Assembly: GCA_005882975.1 (NCBI GenBank)
Contig: VBAS01000086.1
Span: forward strand, 1 to 49,027
Length of the DNA: 49,027 nt
Reading direction: 5' to 3'
DNA from: Bacteroidota bacterium
Lineage (GTDB): Bacteria > Bacteroidota > Bacteroidia > Chitinophagales > Chitinophagaceae
A program made the position numbers and the translations under genes. The notes beneath the pieces are model-generated. The model saw nothing but the letters and a program-made list of their open reading frames with translations, made no database searches and had not been told where the DNA came from. Positions 35,303 to 46,063 of the stretch are shown here, in pieces; within the stretch, counting starts at the first letter, position 1; every line of letters starts with the position of its first letter.

Positions 35303-38097
35303 CTAATTTCTTCTGAAAAAATCTCCCTGGCCCTGGTTAAAATTTTGTCTTGCAGGCGCCTTACCAAAATTCTTAAGGTTATAAGTAAACGTAAGCATAA
35401 AATACTGCTTTAATACCTTGGTCGTTACATCTTCAAAGTAAGTTTCCGTTACATTTCTTGATATACTCTGGTTCTGATCAAGGAGATCAAATACAGAAAG
35501 ACGTATCTCTCCTTTTTGACCTTTCAATATTTTTTTTGCTATTGCCATATTCCATAACCAATAGCTTTGATTATATCCATCACTTAATCCAGTATAAATT
35601 TGATTGCTAAGATCTGTATTAAACAACCATCCTTTTTTTGTCAGGAGATTAAGCTTTGCTGTAGTAGTATGAGAGAAATATTTATTATCTGAGTTTGATT
35701 GTAATTATAAGAAGTGGTAACACCCTCTACATTATTTATAAGACCGGGAGTTCTGTTTGCTACAAATCCTGTATTCAGGCTCACATTTGTTTTAATGAAT
35801 TTTAATGGCTGGGCGTACGTAATAAACACGTTGAAATTCCGCTGGCCATCCATGTTTATCGGTTTGGTTAATTGCGAACCCTTATGCAAAATGACAGAAG
35901 GCGTAAGTACCGAATCTTTTGTTGCCGTATAAGTTGCAGTAGCTACATAATTATCAGTAAGTGATCCAAAAAAGTTTACGAATAAACTTTGGCTTTTCTT
36001 AGTATCGGTAAATTGATAACGTCCACCTATTCTATGTGCAAATGATTGGTCAAGATCCGGATTACCGGTTGTGATCAACAGCGGGTTAGTATTATTAATA
36101 ACATCCTGCAACTGGTTTACAGAAGGAGGATTTGTACTAGCTCTGTAAAATAACCTGATGCTTTCTTTCTTTGATAATGGCAAATTGAACTGTAAGTTGG
36201 GTAAAAAGTTTGTGAATGTTCTTTGCACATTAGTAACATAAGGGTATTGCTGATCGCTTTTAAGCGTTGCAGACTGAATGTCGAAACCAAAAGAAATTTG
36301 TTTGGTGCGATCTCCTTTGCGGTAACTGACACCGCCTTTTTGTGTTAAATATGTATTTTCAAATACATTGGACAAACTGGTATCAAGTTCAGAATATTTC
36401 TCTGTTGCATTTTCAAAACTATATGCTTTCTTTTTTGAATCATTAAAGTTATAAGATGGGTTATAATGGACTTCAATTACTGCCCCTTTTTTACCGATAG
36501 GTTCTGTGTAATTCAAACTACCAGAAAGCTGATGACCTTTTGTGACCTGGTCATTAAATTGACGGGTTGTATCCTTTACTATGAAAGGACCTTTATAATA
36601 TAAGCTATAAGCATCAGTATATGATTCACCATCCTGGTTATTGACACCAGTGTTGAAATTCGCGGAGAATGTTCTTCCTCTTTTTCTGAAAGAGTGCCGG
36701 TAAAGAATATTATTATTAAAGTTAACGCCTGTTCTTTGTGCCCTGTTCGCATTTAATGTTTGACTGAGTGTGTCACCTTCATCTGTGAACATCAATCCTT
36801 TTGTCAAACTGTTACTGTTATAATCCTGTATGCTAACAGAAGGAGTGATCAGGATGGAATTAAATGAATCAAGTTTCCAATCAAGCCTGAAGTTTGCCCT
36901 GTGATTATAATTGTTACTTTCTGAAGCTGCATCCTGGTCATAAAATTGTGTGGTATCTCCTATCGGAAAATATTCTCTTGCAATTTTTTCACTGTTTTCG
37001 GTTTTCCTGTTATTATAAAAATAACTTCCGCTTACATCAAGATTCTTTCCCCATTTATCATTGAAATTAATTCCTATTGCATTTGTTTTGCTGATCCCCG
37101 ATTGTTGACCCACTAAGAAACCACCACCGCCACCGCCAAAGTTGCCACCACCGGCACCACCGCCAAATCCACCGCCGCCTTGTCTGCCACCACCCTGGGC
37201 TCTGAAATTACCACCACCAAATCCGCCGCCACCACCGCTGCTTGTTACACCCAAAAGATCTACTTCAGCAAAATTTTGCTGGTTTACATCATTCGTTAAA
37301 GCAACTATTGAAACTCTTGTATTCTTTTTAAAATAACTCATATTACCACCGGCCAGGTAATGATTGTCGGTACCATAGCCTGCGAAGAATCTTCCAAACT
37401 GGCCATTGCGCATACTTGGTTTTGTAACGATGTTGATTGACTTGGCTGCGCTTCCATCATCAACACCGGTAAACTGTGCCTGGTCACTCATGCGATCGAA
37501 AACTTGTATCTTATCAACTATTTCCGCTGGTAAATTTCGAAGCGTTGCAGTTGCATCATCGCCAAAAAAATCTCTTCCATCAACTGTCACTTTTCTAACC
37601 TGCTCACCTCCTACTTTCACCACTCCATTTTCAACAGTAATGCCCGGTGCTTTTTTTATCAGGTCTTCAGAATTTGCATCAGGATTTACTTTTAACTGGC
37701 TTGCACTTATTTCAGTTGTATCAGCTTTTTGTTTTGTTAGTGGGGGTGTACTTACTACTGTAACGCCACCCAAAGTCTTTGCTTCTCTGTTAACAGCAAT
37801 ATCGTCCAGTTTTTTTGTAACATTGTCCCAAACGATCTCTCTCTTTGTTAGCTCATATCCCAAAAAACTAATTACAAGATCATACCTGCCGGTATCAACA
37901 AGATTATTAAATTCAAAAGTTCCGGTTTTATCTGAAACAACGGTGACAGAATCTTTACCACGAACCATCTTTACAGTAGCACCTGAAAGTGGCTGCTTAT
38001 TTTCTGCATCACGAATAGTACCTGAAAGAACTGGAGTTTGTGAAAAAGAAACGAGGGAAAGGCCAAGCAAAACGATCGATAAGAGACTGACTTTCAT
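35303..38097 (-). pseudogene. OM beta-barrel protein with N-terminal CarboxypepD_reg domain (TonB-dependent-receptor-like), split by a frameshift
   Basis: The 818-aa ORF (35641..38097) and the 107-aa ORF (35303..35626) are consecutive parts of one barrel; the second ends in a typical ...FTYNLKNF-type terminal strand region. The two frames overlap at 35641-35700. Adding one A to the AAA run (TTT at 35694-35696 on +) would give ...SYNYNQNSDNKYFSHTTTAKLNLL.... Confidence 0.7.
37119..37240 (-). repeat. Gly-codon low-complexity tract (GGGGGFGGGNF...GGGGFGGGAGGGNFGGGGGGF)
   Basis: Runs of ccacc/gccgcc on the + strand. Encodes a loop of about 40 aa of Gly/Phe/Asn repeats inside the barrel protein. 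Confidence 0.85.
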
Positions 38098-38233
38098 TGT
38101 AAAGTTTTAATTCAAGTGTTTAGACGCCTCCGTTAAATTTAACCTTCGCAAAATCGTGGTGAAATAAAGGACTTCACAAGGCTTTTTTAATATCAAAAAA
38201 ATGAGGCACTTTTAAGACATAAACCTAAAATTA

Positions 38234-38893
38234 ATGGCCCATCATCCTCATGCTTTCTTGCCGGGGGCTTCTAAACGACTCGAGGCCTTATCTGACGGAG
38301 TATTTGCAATTGCCTGTACGTTGCTTGTACTTGAAATTCATATCCCTCATTTTAAACAAGGTCTTAGTATAGCAGAGCAATGGCATGAATTCAGTGAATT
38401 GTTTCCTTCATTGATCGCTTTTGGTTTTAGTTTTTTAAATATTCTTGTTTTCTGGACCAATCATGATGCCATTAATAAAGTGATCATTCGATATGATACA
38501 AAAACGACCTACTTCAATATCTTTTTTCTTTTGTTTATCAGCCTTATTCCATTTACCACTGCATTTATAGGACAGAATCCCCATTCATTTATTGCCATTG
38601 CTGCATATGGGTTGGTGCTAATGTTTGCATCTTTAACAGCAATCCTGATGTATCATCATCTTGCATTTAGGTCAAAACTTTTTTTACCTGAGCTATCTGC
38701 AATATCAAAGAAGCGGGTTTACAAACAGATCGTTTCAAGTCCCTTTTTATATGTAGCTGCTATTGCGGGTGGCCTCATCTCCACTTATATTCCCATAACT
38801 ATCTATATAATTATGCCAATCATCTTTATGTTCATGCCACAACTTGATTTTGACACTAAAGAAGAAGAATTAGAAAAAGAGCACACCGAATAA
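38234..38893 (+). CDS. TMEM175-family (DUF1211) putative potassium channel
   Basis: Signature TM1 RLEALSDGVFAIACTLLVLEI and 6 TM helices. Confidence 0.8.
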   Translation: MAHHPHAFLPGASKRLEALSDGVFAIACTLLVLEIHIPHFKQGLSIAEQWHEFSELFPSLIAFGFSFLNILVFWTNHDAINKVIIRYDTKTTYFNIFFLLFISLIPFTTAFIGQNPHSFIAIAAYGLVLMFASLTAILMYHHLAFRSKLFLPELSAISKKRVYKQIVSSPFLYVAAIAGGLISTYIPITIYIIMPIIFMFMPQLDFDTKEEELEKEHTE

Positions 38894-40534
38894 TTATTCC
38901 CAAACAACAACACCTGGCTTATCATACCATGCGGGGTATTTGGGTAAATGATTTTTTTCGATCTCATTTCTTTTTACTTTCAAAGAAGGGGTGATCATGT
39001 TATTGGCGATCGTCCACGTTTCTTTCATGATCACTACCTTTTCTATTTTTTCAAATTTTTCCAAAGAAGGATTTAATAAATTCAAACTTTCAGTAAGATC
39101 TTTTATCAATTCATCTTTTGTTTTCTTTTTTCCGGAGTCAGAACGACAAATGAGAGCCATTGGTTGTGGCACTCCTGTACCAACAATACAAGCATGCTCA
39201 ATATCAGTATTAGAAAGCAGTTTCACTTCAATTGGCGCAGGAGATATATATTTTCCTTTATCGGTTTTAAACTGATCTTTTACACGGCCTGTTATTTTCA
39301 AGAAACCTTCACTGTCATACTCGCCCATATCACCGGTCTTTAAAAAATTGTCTTCGTCAAAAGTATCTGCTGTCATTTGCGGTTCTTTATAATAACCTTT
39401 CATATTTCCTTCACTCTTTATCCGGATCTCACCGTCATCTGCGATCTTAACTTGTACTCCCGGCAGAGCTTTTCCTACAGTTCCAAACTTATGAGCTTTA
39501 GGGCCGCAGAAATGCGAATACACACAATCTTCTGTCATACCATACGCCTGGTAAATTGTTATCCCGATCTTTTGATACCATTGTTGTAATTCGATTGATA
39601 TTGGTGCCGCTGCGCTGTAAAAATGTGAGGTCCTTGCAAAACCCATTTTTCTCTTTATGCTTTTTTTGAAAAACGAATTAACAACAGGAATTAAAAGAAT
39701 GAGATCAAGCTTACGTTGAGATAGTTTTGATAAAATTCCTTCTCTCATTTTTTGCCAGATACGCGGCACTGCAAAAAATAGTTGTGGTTGTATCTCTAAA
39801 AGATTTTTTGAAAAACTTTCCAGTGATTCAGCAAATGAAATTGTACCACCAGTAAACAATGCATTCATCTCCACTCCTACTTTTTCTGCAATATGGCTTA
39901 ATGGCAAATAAGAGATCAATTCAGGATGCATTGGTAACTCCAATGCCGGAATGGCCCCTGTAAGAACTGCACCAAAAGTACCAGCAGCATGCATTACTCC
40001 TTTACTCTTTCCCGTTGTTCCGGATGTATAAATAATAGTGAGTACTTTTTCTTTCGGCCAGGAATAAATATTATTCAATGGTTCGTTTCCGGCGATCAAC
40101 TCTTCGATGGAATATTTTTCTTTTATGCCATAAGCAGTAACACTAATTCGGATCATAGTTTCAGGAATTCCATTTGACTGCGATCCGAAGTCTTCCAATT
40201 TACCAATGACAATTGCCTTTGCCTCGCTATGAATTAAGATCGGCTCAATAGCAGCGGCAGATAATGTTGGATAAATTGGAATGGAAATACAACCAGCCAT
40301 CATGATGGCCATATCAGCGATGATCCATTCAGCACAGTTTTTTGAAAGTATTGCAATATGATTTCCTCCTTTCAACCCTAATGAATAAAAACCTTGTGCA
40401 ATTCTTCTTGCTTCATTGCCAGCCTGTGCCCATGTCAATGTTTTCCAAACTCCATTGATCGGCTGACGAAGAAATATCCTGTCCGGGTTTTCTTTTTCCC
40501 ATTTTAAAAATTGTTCCAATGGTGTTAATGGCAT
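38894..40534 (-). CDS. long-chain-fatty-acid--CoA ligase (AMP-binding enzyme)
   Basis: AMP-binding motif IIYTSGTTGKSKGV, YGMTE, and GDMGEYDSEGFLKITGRVKD. Confidence 0.88.
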   Translation of the reverse strand: MPLTPLEQFLKWEKENPDRIFLRQPINGVWKTLTWAQAGNEARRIAQGFYSLGLKGGNHIAILSKNCAEWIIADMAIMMAGCISIPIYPTLSAAAIEPILIHSEAKAIVIGKLEDFGSQSNGIPETMIRISVTAYGIKEKYSIEELIAGNEPLNNIYSWPKEKVLTIIYTSGTTGKSKGVMHAAGTFGAVLTGAIPALELPMHPELISYLPLSHIAEKVGVEMNALFTGGTISFAESLESFSKNLLEIQPQLFFAVPRIWQKMREGILSKLSQRKLDLILLIPVVNSFFKKSIKRKMGFARTSHFYSAAAPISIELQQWYQKIGITIYQAYGMTEDCVYSHFCGPKAHKFGTVGKALPGVQVKIADDGEIRIKSEGNMKGYYKEPQMTADTFDEDNFLKTGDMGEYDSEGFLKITGRVKDQFKTDKGKYISPAPIEVKLLSNTDIEHACIVGTGVPQPMALICRSDSGKKKTKDELIKDLTESLNLLNPSLEKFEKIEKVVIMKETWTIANNMITPSLKVKRNEIEKNHLPKYPAWYDKPGVVVWE

Positions 40535-40674
40535 TCCAATCGTTTTAAAATTGATCTAAAATAATTTTTGTAAAATACTACTTACTGTATTCAATTCACA
40601 AAAACTTTTTTGAAATCGGATTCACCTAACTTTAGTATACCCCGAAGGGGTCCTTCGGACAAAACTAGACTCAC

Positions 40675-42555
40675 ATGAAACGTTTCGTTATTACTTTACT
40701 CATCCTTTGCTACTCGCTACTTACAATTTCGCAGCAAACACAAAAACCGCCATTGCATGGAAAGAATTGGATGGCGATCACCGGTAAGCCATTAGCTGCA
40801 ACGGCAGGAGCTATCACTTTTCAAAAAGGCGGGAATGCAGTTGATGCAGCTTGTTCAATGCTTGCTGCAACATGCACCATGTGGGATGTATTGAGTTGGG
40901 GCGGAGAAACGCAGGCACTCATATATAATCCGAAAACAAAAAAAGTAATTGCAATAAATGCTTTGGGTGTGGCACCCACAGGGGCAACTGTTGATTTTTA
41001 TAAAAGTAAAGGATACGATTTTCCTCCTGAGTACGGACCATTAGCTGCTGTTACTCCCGGTACAGTTGGCGGCTTGTGTTATATGCTTGCCAATTATGGA
41101 ACGATGAGTTTGAAAGATGTTTTGAAACCGGCAATGGATCTTGCAGCGGGGTATCCGATAGATGCACAAACTGCCAACTCAATGGAATCAAAAAGAAATA
41201 AAGAATGGATAATGCAATGGCCATACAGTAAAGCTGTTTTTTATCCGCATCTCGGAGAAAAAAGAGAAGCACCGGAAGCAGGAGAAATTTTTGTACAAAA
41301 AGACCTGTTGGCAACATTGAGTAAAATGATAGAAGCAGAACAAAATGCATTGAAACAAAAAAAGTCACGCAAAGATGCGATCATGGTTGCTTATGATCGT
41401 TTTTATAAAGGTGATATAGCAAAAGAATTTGTACGGGGTTGCCAGGAACAAGGAGGATTGATAACGATGCAAGACCTTGCAAAATGGAAACCTATTGAAG
41501 AAGAACCAATGCATGTAAATTATAAAGGCATCGATGTATATAAACTACAGCAATGGACGCAGGGACCTATGTTATTGCAATCCTTGAACATTCTTGAAAA
41601 TTTTGATCTGAAAGCAATGGGCTACAACAGTCCCAAATATATTCATACGATCTATCAAACAATGAATCTCACTTTTGCTGATCGTGATTTTTATTATGGT
41701 GATCCTTATTTCGCACCCGAAGAACCGATGAAAGGCTTACTAAGTAAAGAATATGCAAAGCAAAGAGCGGCACAGATCAAATGGGATATGAATGATCCGA
41801 ACATAGGTCCTGGCGATCCCTATCCTTTTGAAGGAAAAACAAATCCCTGGCTCGATCTTTTGAAAAAAAGACAATCATCTGCGGAAGGCGATAAAAGTTT
41901 TATTCCCCCGCATGAGTCTCTTGCCTACAATGACATTGAATATATGGATCGCTTATTAAGAGGAACAACTTCTGTAGAAGCGGCTGACAAAGATGGCTGG
42001 GTTGTATCAATCACTCCAAGCGGAGGTTGGTTGCCGGCTTGTATTGCAGGTCACACAGGTGTGGGCATGAGTCAGCGATTTCAAAGTTTTGTTTTAGATA
42101 AAAATATAAACCCTTTCAATGTTGTTGAGCCAGGCAAAAGACCAAGAGTAACATTGACTCCCACCTTAGCAATGAAAGATGGCAAGCCCTTTATGAGCTG
42201 GGCCGTGCAAGGTGGCGATACACAGGATCAGAATCTTTTGCAATGCTTTTTAAATGTTGTTGAGTTTGGAATGACCATTCAACAAGCAGTAGAAGCAGCT
42301 AATATCAACACAAATCAATTGTGGTTATCATTAGGTGGAACAAAAACAGAAGACCGTAAACCACATCCTGGTGAAATATTAGTAAGCGATACAACTCCTG
42401 AAGCCATACAAAATGAATTAAAAAAAATGGGCTATAAAGTAACCACAGGCAAACGTACCAGCGGCCCCATCAACGCAATTTATTTTGACTGGAAGCATGG
42501 AAGCTTTTGGGGCGGTTCATCTAATAATGGAGAAGACTATGGAATTGGGTGGTGA
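40675..42555 (+). CDS. ggt: gamma-glutamyltransferase family protein, secreted
   Basis: Signal peptide. Autoprocessing/nucleophile context RGTTSVEAADKDGWVVSITPSGG. Confidence 0.85.
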   Translation: MKRFVITLLILCYSLLTISQQTQKPPLHGKNWMAITGKPLAATAGAITFQKGGNAVDAACSMLAATCTMWDVLSWGGETQALIYNPKTKKVIAINALGVAPTGATVDFYKSKGYDFPPEYGPLAAVTPGTVGGLCYMLANYGTMSLKDVLKPAMDLAAGYPIDAQTANSMESKRNKEWIMQWPYSKAVFYPHLGEKREAPEAGEIFVQKDLLATLSKMIEAEQNALKQKKSRKDAIMVAYDRFYKGDIAKEFVRGCQEQGGLITMQDLAKWKPIEEEPMHVNYKGIDVYKLQQWTQGPMLLQSLNILENFDLKAMGYNSPKYIHTIYQTMNLTFADRDFYYGDPYFAPEEPMKGLLSKEYAKQRAAQIKWDMNDPNIGPGDPYPFEGKTNPWLDLLKKRQSSAEGDKSFIPPHESLAYNDIEYMDRLLRGTTSVEAADKDGWVVSITPSGGWLPACIAGHTGVGMSQRFQSFVLDKNINPFNVVEPGKRPRVTLTPTLAMKDGKPFMSWAVQGGDTQDQNLLQCFLNVVEFGMTIQQAVEAANINTNQLWLSLGGTKTEDRKPHPGEILVSDTTPEAIQNELKKMGYKVTTGKRTSGPINAIYFDWKHGSFWGGSSNNGEDYGIGW

Positions 42556-42641
42556 ACTAAACCCCTATCCCCTAGGGGACAACAGGTATGAAATTTGAAT
42601 CATTTTTAAAAATGAATAATTTCAGATTAAAAATTAGTGCT

Positions 42642-43142
42642 ATGAAACTAATAAAAAACAAACAGGTTATACTATCGACGGGTTGCTTTCTAATGTTAGT
42701 TTTTCTTATTGCCAGTTCATTTGTAAAGCAGCCTTACTCTTCTTTTATCCAAAACGAAATAGAACAGGCGATCAATAATGACAGGTGGGATTTTACGGCT
42801 GACTATGCTCAACCAATATCCGGACAAAGAAGATACATCACCGGCAGCTATTATGTTTATTGCCGCAAGGATACATTAATTGTTGTACTGCCCTACTATG
42901 GCAGGCTTAATTCTGCTGCCGGGGCCAGCACCCAGGATCCGCTGGATTTTAAATCCACAGATTTCAAACTAACTAAAGAAAAAAGAAAAAAAGGCGGCTG
43001 GCATGTAACTATCAAACCATCCAATTCAGAAGTTCAATCCATGAACTTTACTTTTTTTGATAACGGTTCCGCACAGGCAAACTTTATAATGACGAATCGC
43101 AGTGCTATCGATTTTTCCGGAAAGATAGCGCCGGCTAAATGA
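42642..43142 (+). CDS. DUF4251-like secreted protein
   Basis: Hydrophobic N-terminus from ATG 42642. F.ADYAQP...LPYYGR...F.S.DF...K.KKGGW.V.I... pattern recalled for DUF4251 (from memory, unverified). Confidence 0.5.
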   Translation: MKLIKNKQVILSTGCFLMLVFLIASSFVKQPYSSFIQNEIEQAINNDRWDFTADYAQPISGQRRYITGSYYVYCRKDTLIVVLPYYGRLNSAAGASTQDPLDFKSTDFKLTKEKRKKGGWHVTIKPSNSEVQSMNFTFFDNGSAQANFIMTNRSAIDFSGKIAPAK

Positions 43143-43194
43143 TCATCATTTAAACAAAACTTGAATTATTACTGGTTGTACATAAATTCGCTGT

Positions 43195-43773
43195 ATGACC
43201 AAAACCCGTCTCGAAGCTTTCAGTGATGCAGTCATTGCAATTATTATCACTATCATGGTGCTGGAATTAAAAGTACCGCATGATACTAGCTTTGGAAGCT
43301 TGATGAACTTGTGGCCTGTATTTCTGAGTTACGCCTTAAGTTTTCTCATTTTAGGTATTTATTGGGGCAATCATCATCATCTTGTTCATACCATCAGGGA
43401 AGTAAGAGGTGGTATCTTATGGGCAAATCTTCATTTACTCTTTTGGCTATCACTTATTCCTTTTGCCACGGAATGGATGGGCGAAAATCATTTTGCCAAT
43501 AATACGGTAGCTGCTTATGCACTACTGGCTGATCTTTGTGGTATCGCTTATTATATCTTATTAATGGTAATCAAAGATTGTAATCGTGATAACACTGCAT
43601 TGCTTGAAGTGCTGAAGAAACAATCAAAAAAAGGAACATTATCCTGCATACTTTATACAGCTGCTATTGGTTTATCATTTATCAGCTCATTGCTTGGCGG
43701 AATTCTTATTTTCCTTGTTGGCATCATGTGGCTGATGCCCGATAGGAATATTGAAAGATCTTTGAAAGAATAA
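43195..43773 (+). CDS. TMEM175-family (DUF1211) putative potassium channel, second paralog
   Basis: TRLEAFSDAVIAIIITIMVLEL signature and 6 TM helices. Confidence 0.8.
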   Translation: MTKTRLEAFSDAVIAIIITIMVLELKVPHDTSFGSLMNLWPVFLSYALSFLILGIYWGNHHHLVHTIREVRGGILWANLHLLFWLSLIPFATEWMGENHFANNTVAAYALLADLCGIAYYILLMVIKDCNRDNTALLEVLKKQSKKGTLSCILYTAAIGLSFISSLLGGILIFLVGIMWLMPDRNIERSLKE

Positions 43774-43781
43774 GCCTTTTA

Positions 43782-45848
43782 TTACTGGAGACCTTTTACA
43801 TAATTATATATAGCTTCCTGTGAAGCATGCGGATCATCATTTACAGCAGGTATCCTTTCATTGGACAGATCTGCTCTAACCAATACTGCTTTTTTTGTAT
43901 CGGTTAATTGCAATTGCAGAATATCATTGATCTCTTTTTTTAATTTTTCATCATAGATAGGGAATATCACTTCTATCCGGCTATGAAGATTACGGCTCAT
44001 CCAATCAGCGCTGCCCATATAAAATTCCGGGTCGCCATTATTATAAAACGTAAATATTCTTGCATGTTCCAGATAACGGTCAACGATCCTGCGGATAGTT
44101 ATATTCTCACTTTGCCCTTCAATACCCGGTGCCACACAACAAATACTTCGAATGATCAGATCCACTTTTACGCCGGCATTGCTTGCTTCATATAATTTTT
44201 CGATCATTTCCCTTTCCTGCAGGTTATTTACTTTAATAATGATATGCGCCGGCAAACCGGCATTTGCATGCCCGATCTCTCGATCGATCATTTTACTAAA
44301 CCGTTTCACCATGTTGAACTGCGAGACCAGTAAATGCTTAAGTTTTAATTTTTCAACTTCTTCAGGCTGTAATCCTGATTGCAGGTATAAAAACAATTGT
44401 TGCAATTCATCACTGAACTCTTTTGCCGAAGTAAAAAAAACATGATCTGTATAAAACCGACCGGTTGTTTCATTAAAATTACCTGTAGCGAGTAAAGAGT
44501 AATTATTCATTTTACCTTCTTCATATCTTTTTACCAGCGCAATTTTTGCATGGACTTTCAAGCCCGGGATGCTATTAATGATCTTCACTCCCGCACTTTT
44601 CATTTTCTTTGACCATTTTAAATTATTGGCTTCGTCAAATCTTGCTTTCAACTCCACGAACACAGTTACTTTCTTTCCATTCTTCGCAGCGCTGATCAAT
44701 GCATTTACAATATGTGAATTGGCGGCCACGCGGTAAAGCGTTACATAGATCTCTTTTACCTGCGGGTCAATAGCGGCTTCATTAAAAAAACGAAGAATAT
44801 AATTGTAAGAATGATAAGGCAAATGCAGCAACAGTTCGTTTTCTGCTATTGTTTTAAAAATAGAACGATGCGTATTAAAACCGGGATGGGGAACTGATGG
44901 CCATGAATCGTATGTTAATTTTTTACCTGTCGGGTTCATCAGGCCACCCATATCTTTCAAATTATGATAACGGCCGCCCTCTACCATTTCTTCCTCTCTT
45001 ATATCAAAATATTGTTTTACAAACTTTCTTATTTCCTCCGGCATGCTATTTTCAAATAAAAATCTTGTAGCGGAACCAACATCTCTTTTGGCCAACTGCC
45101 TTTCGATCTTTTCAGCAAGATCACCAGTGAATTCATCTTCAATATTCAATTCGGCATCACGGGTAAGTTTTACACTGTAGGCACCATGAACTTTATAGCT
45201 GGGGAACACTTCCGCAAGATTCTCACGGATAACATCATCAAGAAAAAGCAAATAATATTTATCATCGATCTTTGGCAATTCAGAAAAACGCGGCAATTGA
45301 TCGGAGGGAATATTCAACAATGCATATTCATGAACACCCGGAACATCCGTATCCTCGATATCAACAATAAAATATAAGTAGTTGTTTTCAAGAAAAATAT
45401 TCCCCTTGTTTTCCTGCGTAAGGATCACCGGTTGCAGAAATGATAATACTCTTGATAAGAAAAAGTCCAGTACAGTATCCCTGTGCTCGTCTCTTATATT
45501 GTCACCATAATAAAGATGAATATTATTTTCTTCGAGAGAAGGTAAAATTTGTTTTGTAAATATTCTTCCAAAATCTACCAGGTGTCCCTGCACATAATCG
45601 ATCACAGTTTGAGAAAGATTTTCCGGATATTCTTCACGCAAAGTAGTTTTTTTTGCATTGATACTGGTGAATGCATAAATAGACGGCATGCGAACTCTGA
45701 AGAACTCATCAAGATTGGATGAGAAAATGGAAAGGAATTGAATTCGGCTGTACAGCGGCACCGATTCATCAGCCGCTTCCAGCAACACACGATGATTAAA
45801 ACTCAGCCAGCTCAGATCCCTGTTTATAAAAGTATACTCTTTAGCCAT
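43782..45848 (-). CDS. ppk1: polyphosphate kinase 1
   Basis: FINRDLSWLSFNHRVLLEA at the N-terminus. Phospho-histidine context LKVHAKIALV. Two PLD-like C-terminal domains. Confidence 0.95.
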   Translation of the reverse strand: MAKEYTFINRDLSWLSFNHRVLLEAADESVPLYSRIQFLSIFSSNLDEFFRVRMPSIYAFTSINAKKTTLREEYPENLSQTVIDYVQGHLVDFGRIFTKQILPSLEENNIHLYYGDNIRDEHRDTVLDFFLSRVLSFLQPVILTQENKGNIFLENNYLYFIVDIEDTDVPGVHEYALLNIPSDQLPRFSELPKIDDKYYLLFLDDVIRENLAEVFPSYKVHGAYSVKLTRDAELNIEDEFTGDLAEKIERQLAKRDVGSATRFLFENSMPEEIRKFVKQYFDIREEEMVEGGRYHNLKDMGGLMNPTGKKLTYDSWPSVPHPGFNTHRSIFKTIAENELLLHLPYHSYNYILRFFNEAAIDPQVKEIYVTLYRVAANSHIVNALISAAKNGKKVTVFVELKARFDEANNLKWSKKMKSAGVKIINSIPGLKVHAKIALVKRYEEGKMNNYSLLATGNFNETTGRFYTDHVFFTSAKEFSDELQQLFLYLQSGLQPEEVEKLKLKHLLVSQFNMVKRFSKMIDREIGHANAGLPAHIIIKVNNLQEREMIEKLYEASNAGVKVDLIIRSICCVAPGIEGQSENITIRRIVDRYLEHARIFTFYNNGDPEFYMGSADWMSRNLHSRIEVIFPIYDEKLKKEINDILQLQLTDTKKAVLVRADLSNERIPAVNDDPHASQEAIYNYVKGLQ

Positions 45849-46063
45849 TCGGTCAATTATGCTCTCTAAGATAGGGGATAATTGCTTACAGGCATTACTG
45901 TAAAGCAGTTCGGATATTTTATTAATAATGCCTTATATTATTAAAATAGGGTCTTGTACCCTACTTTTGACCACTAACTTTTCCTCCAATAATGTTTCAG
46001 AGATCTTTTCACCAGACCTACGTTAAATTTTTACAATCACTATAAAAAGATATCAAAGAAAAT

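Noticed and set aside
42556-42590. tcccctagggga palindrome after ggt as a terminator
   Set aside because: The stem is only 4-5 bp with a minimal loop and no T-run. It is too weak to call.
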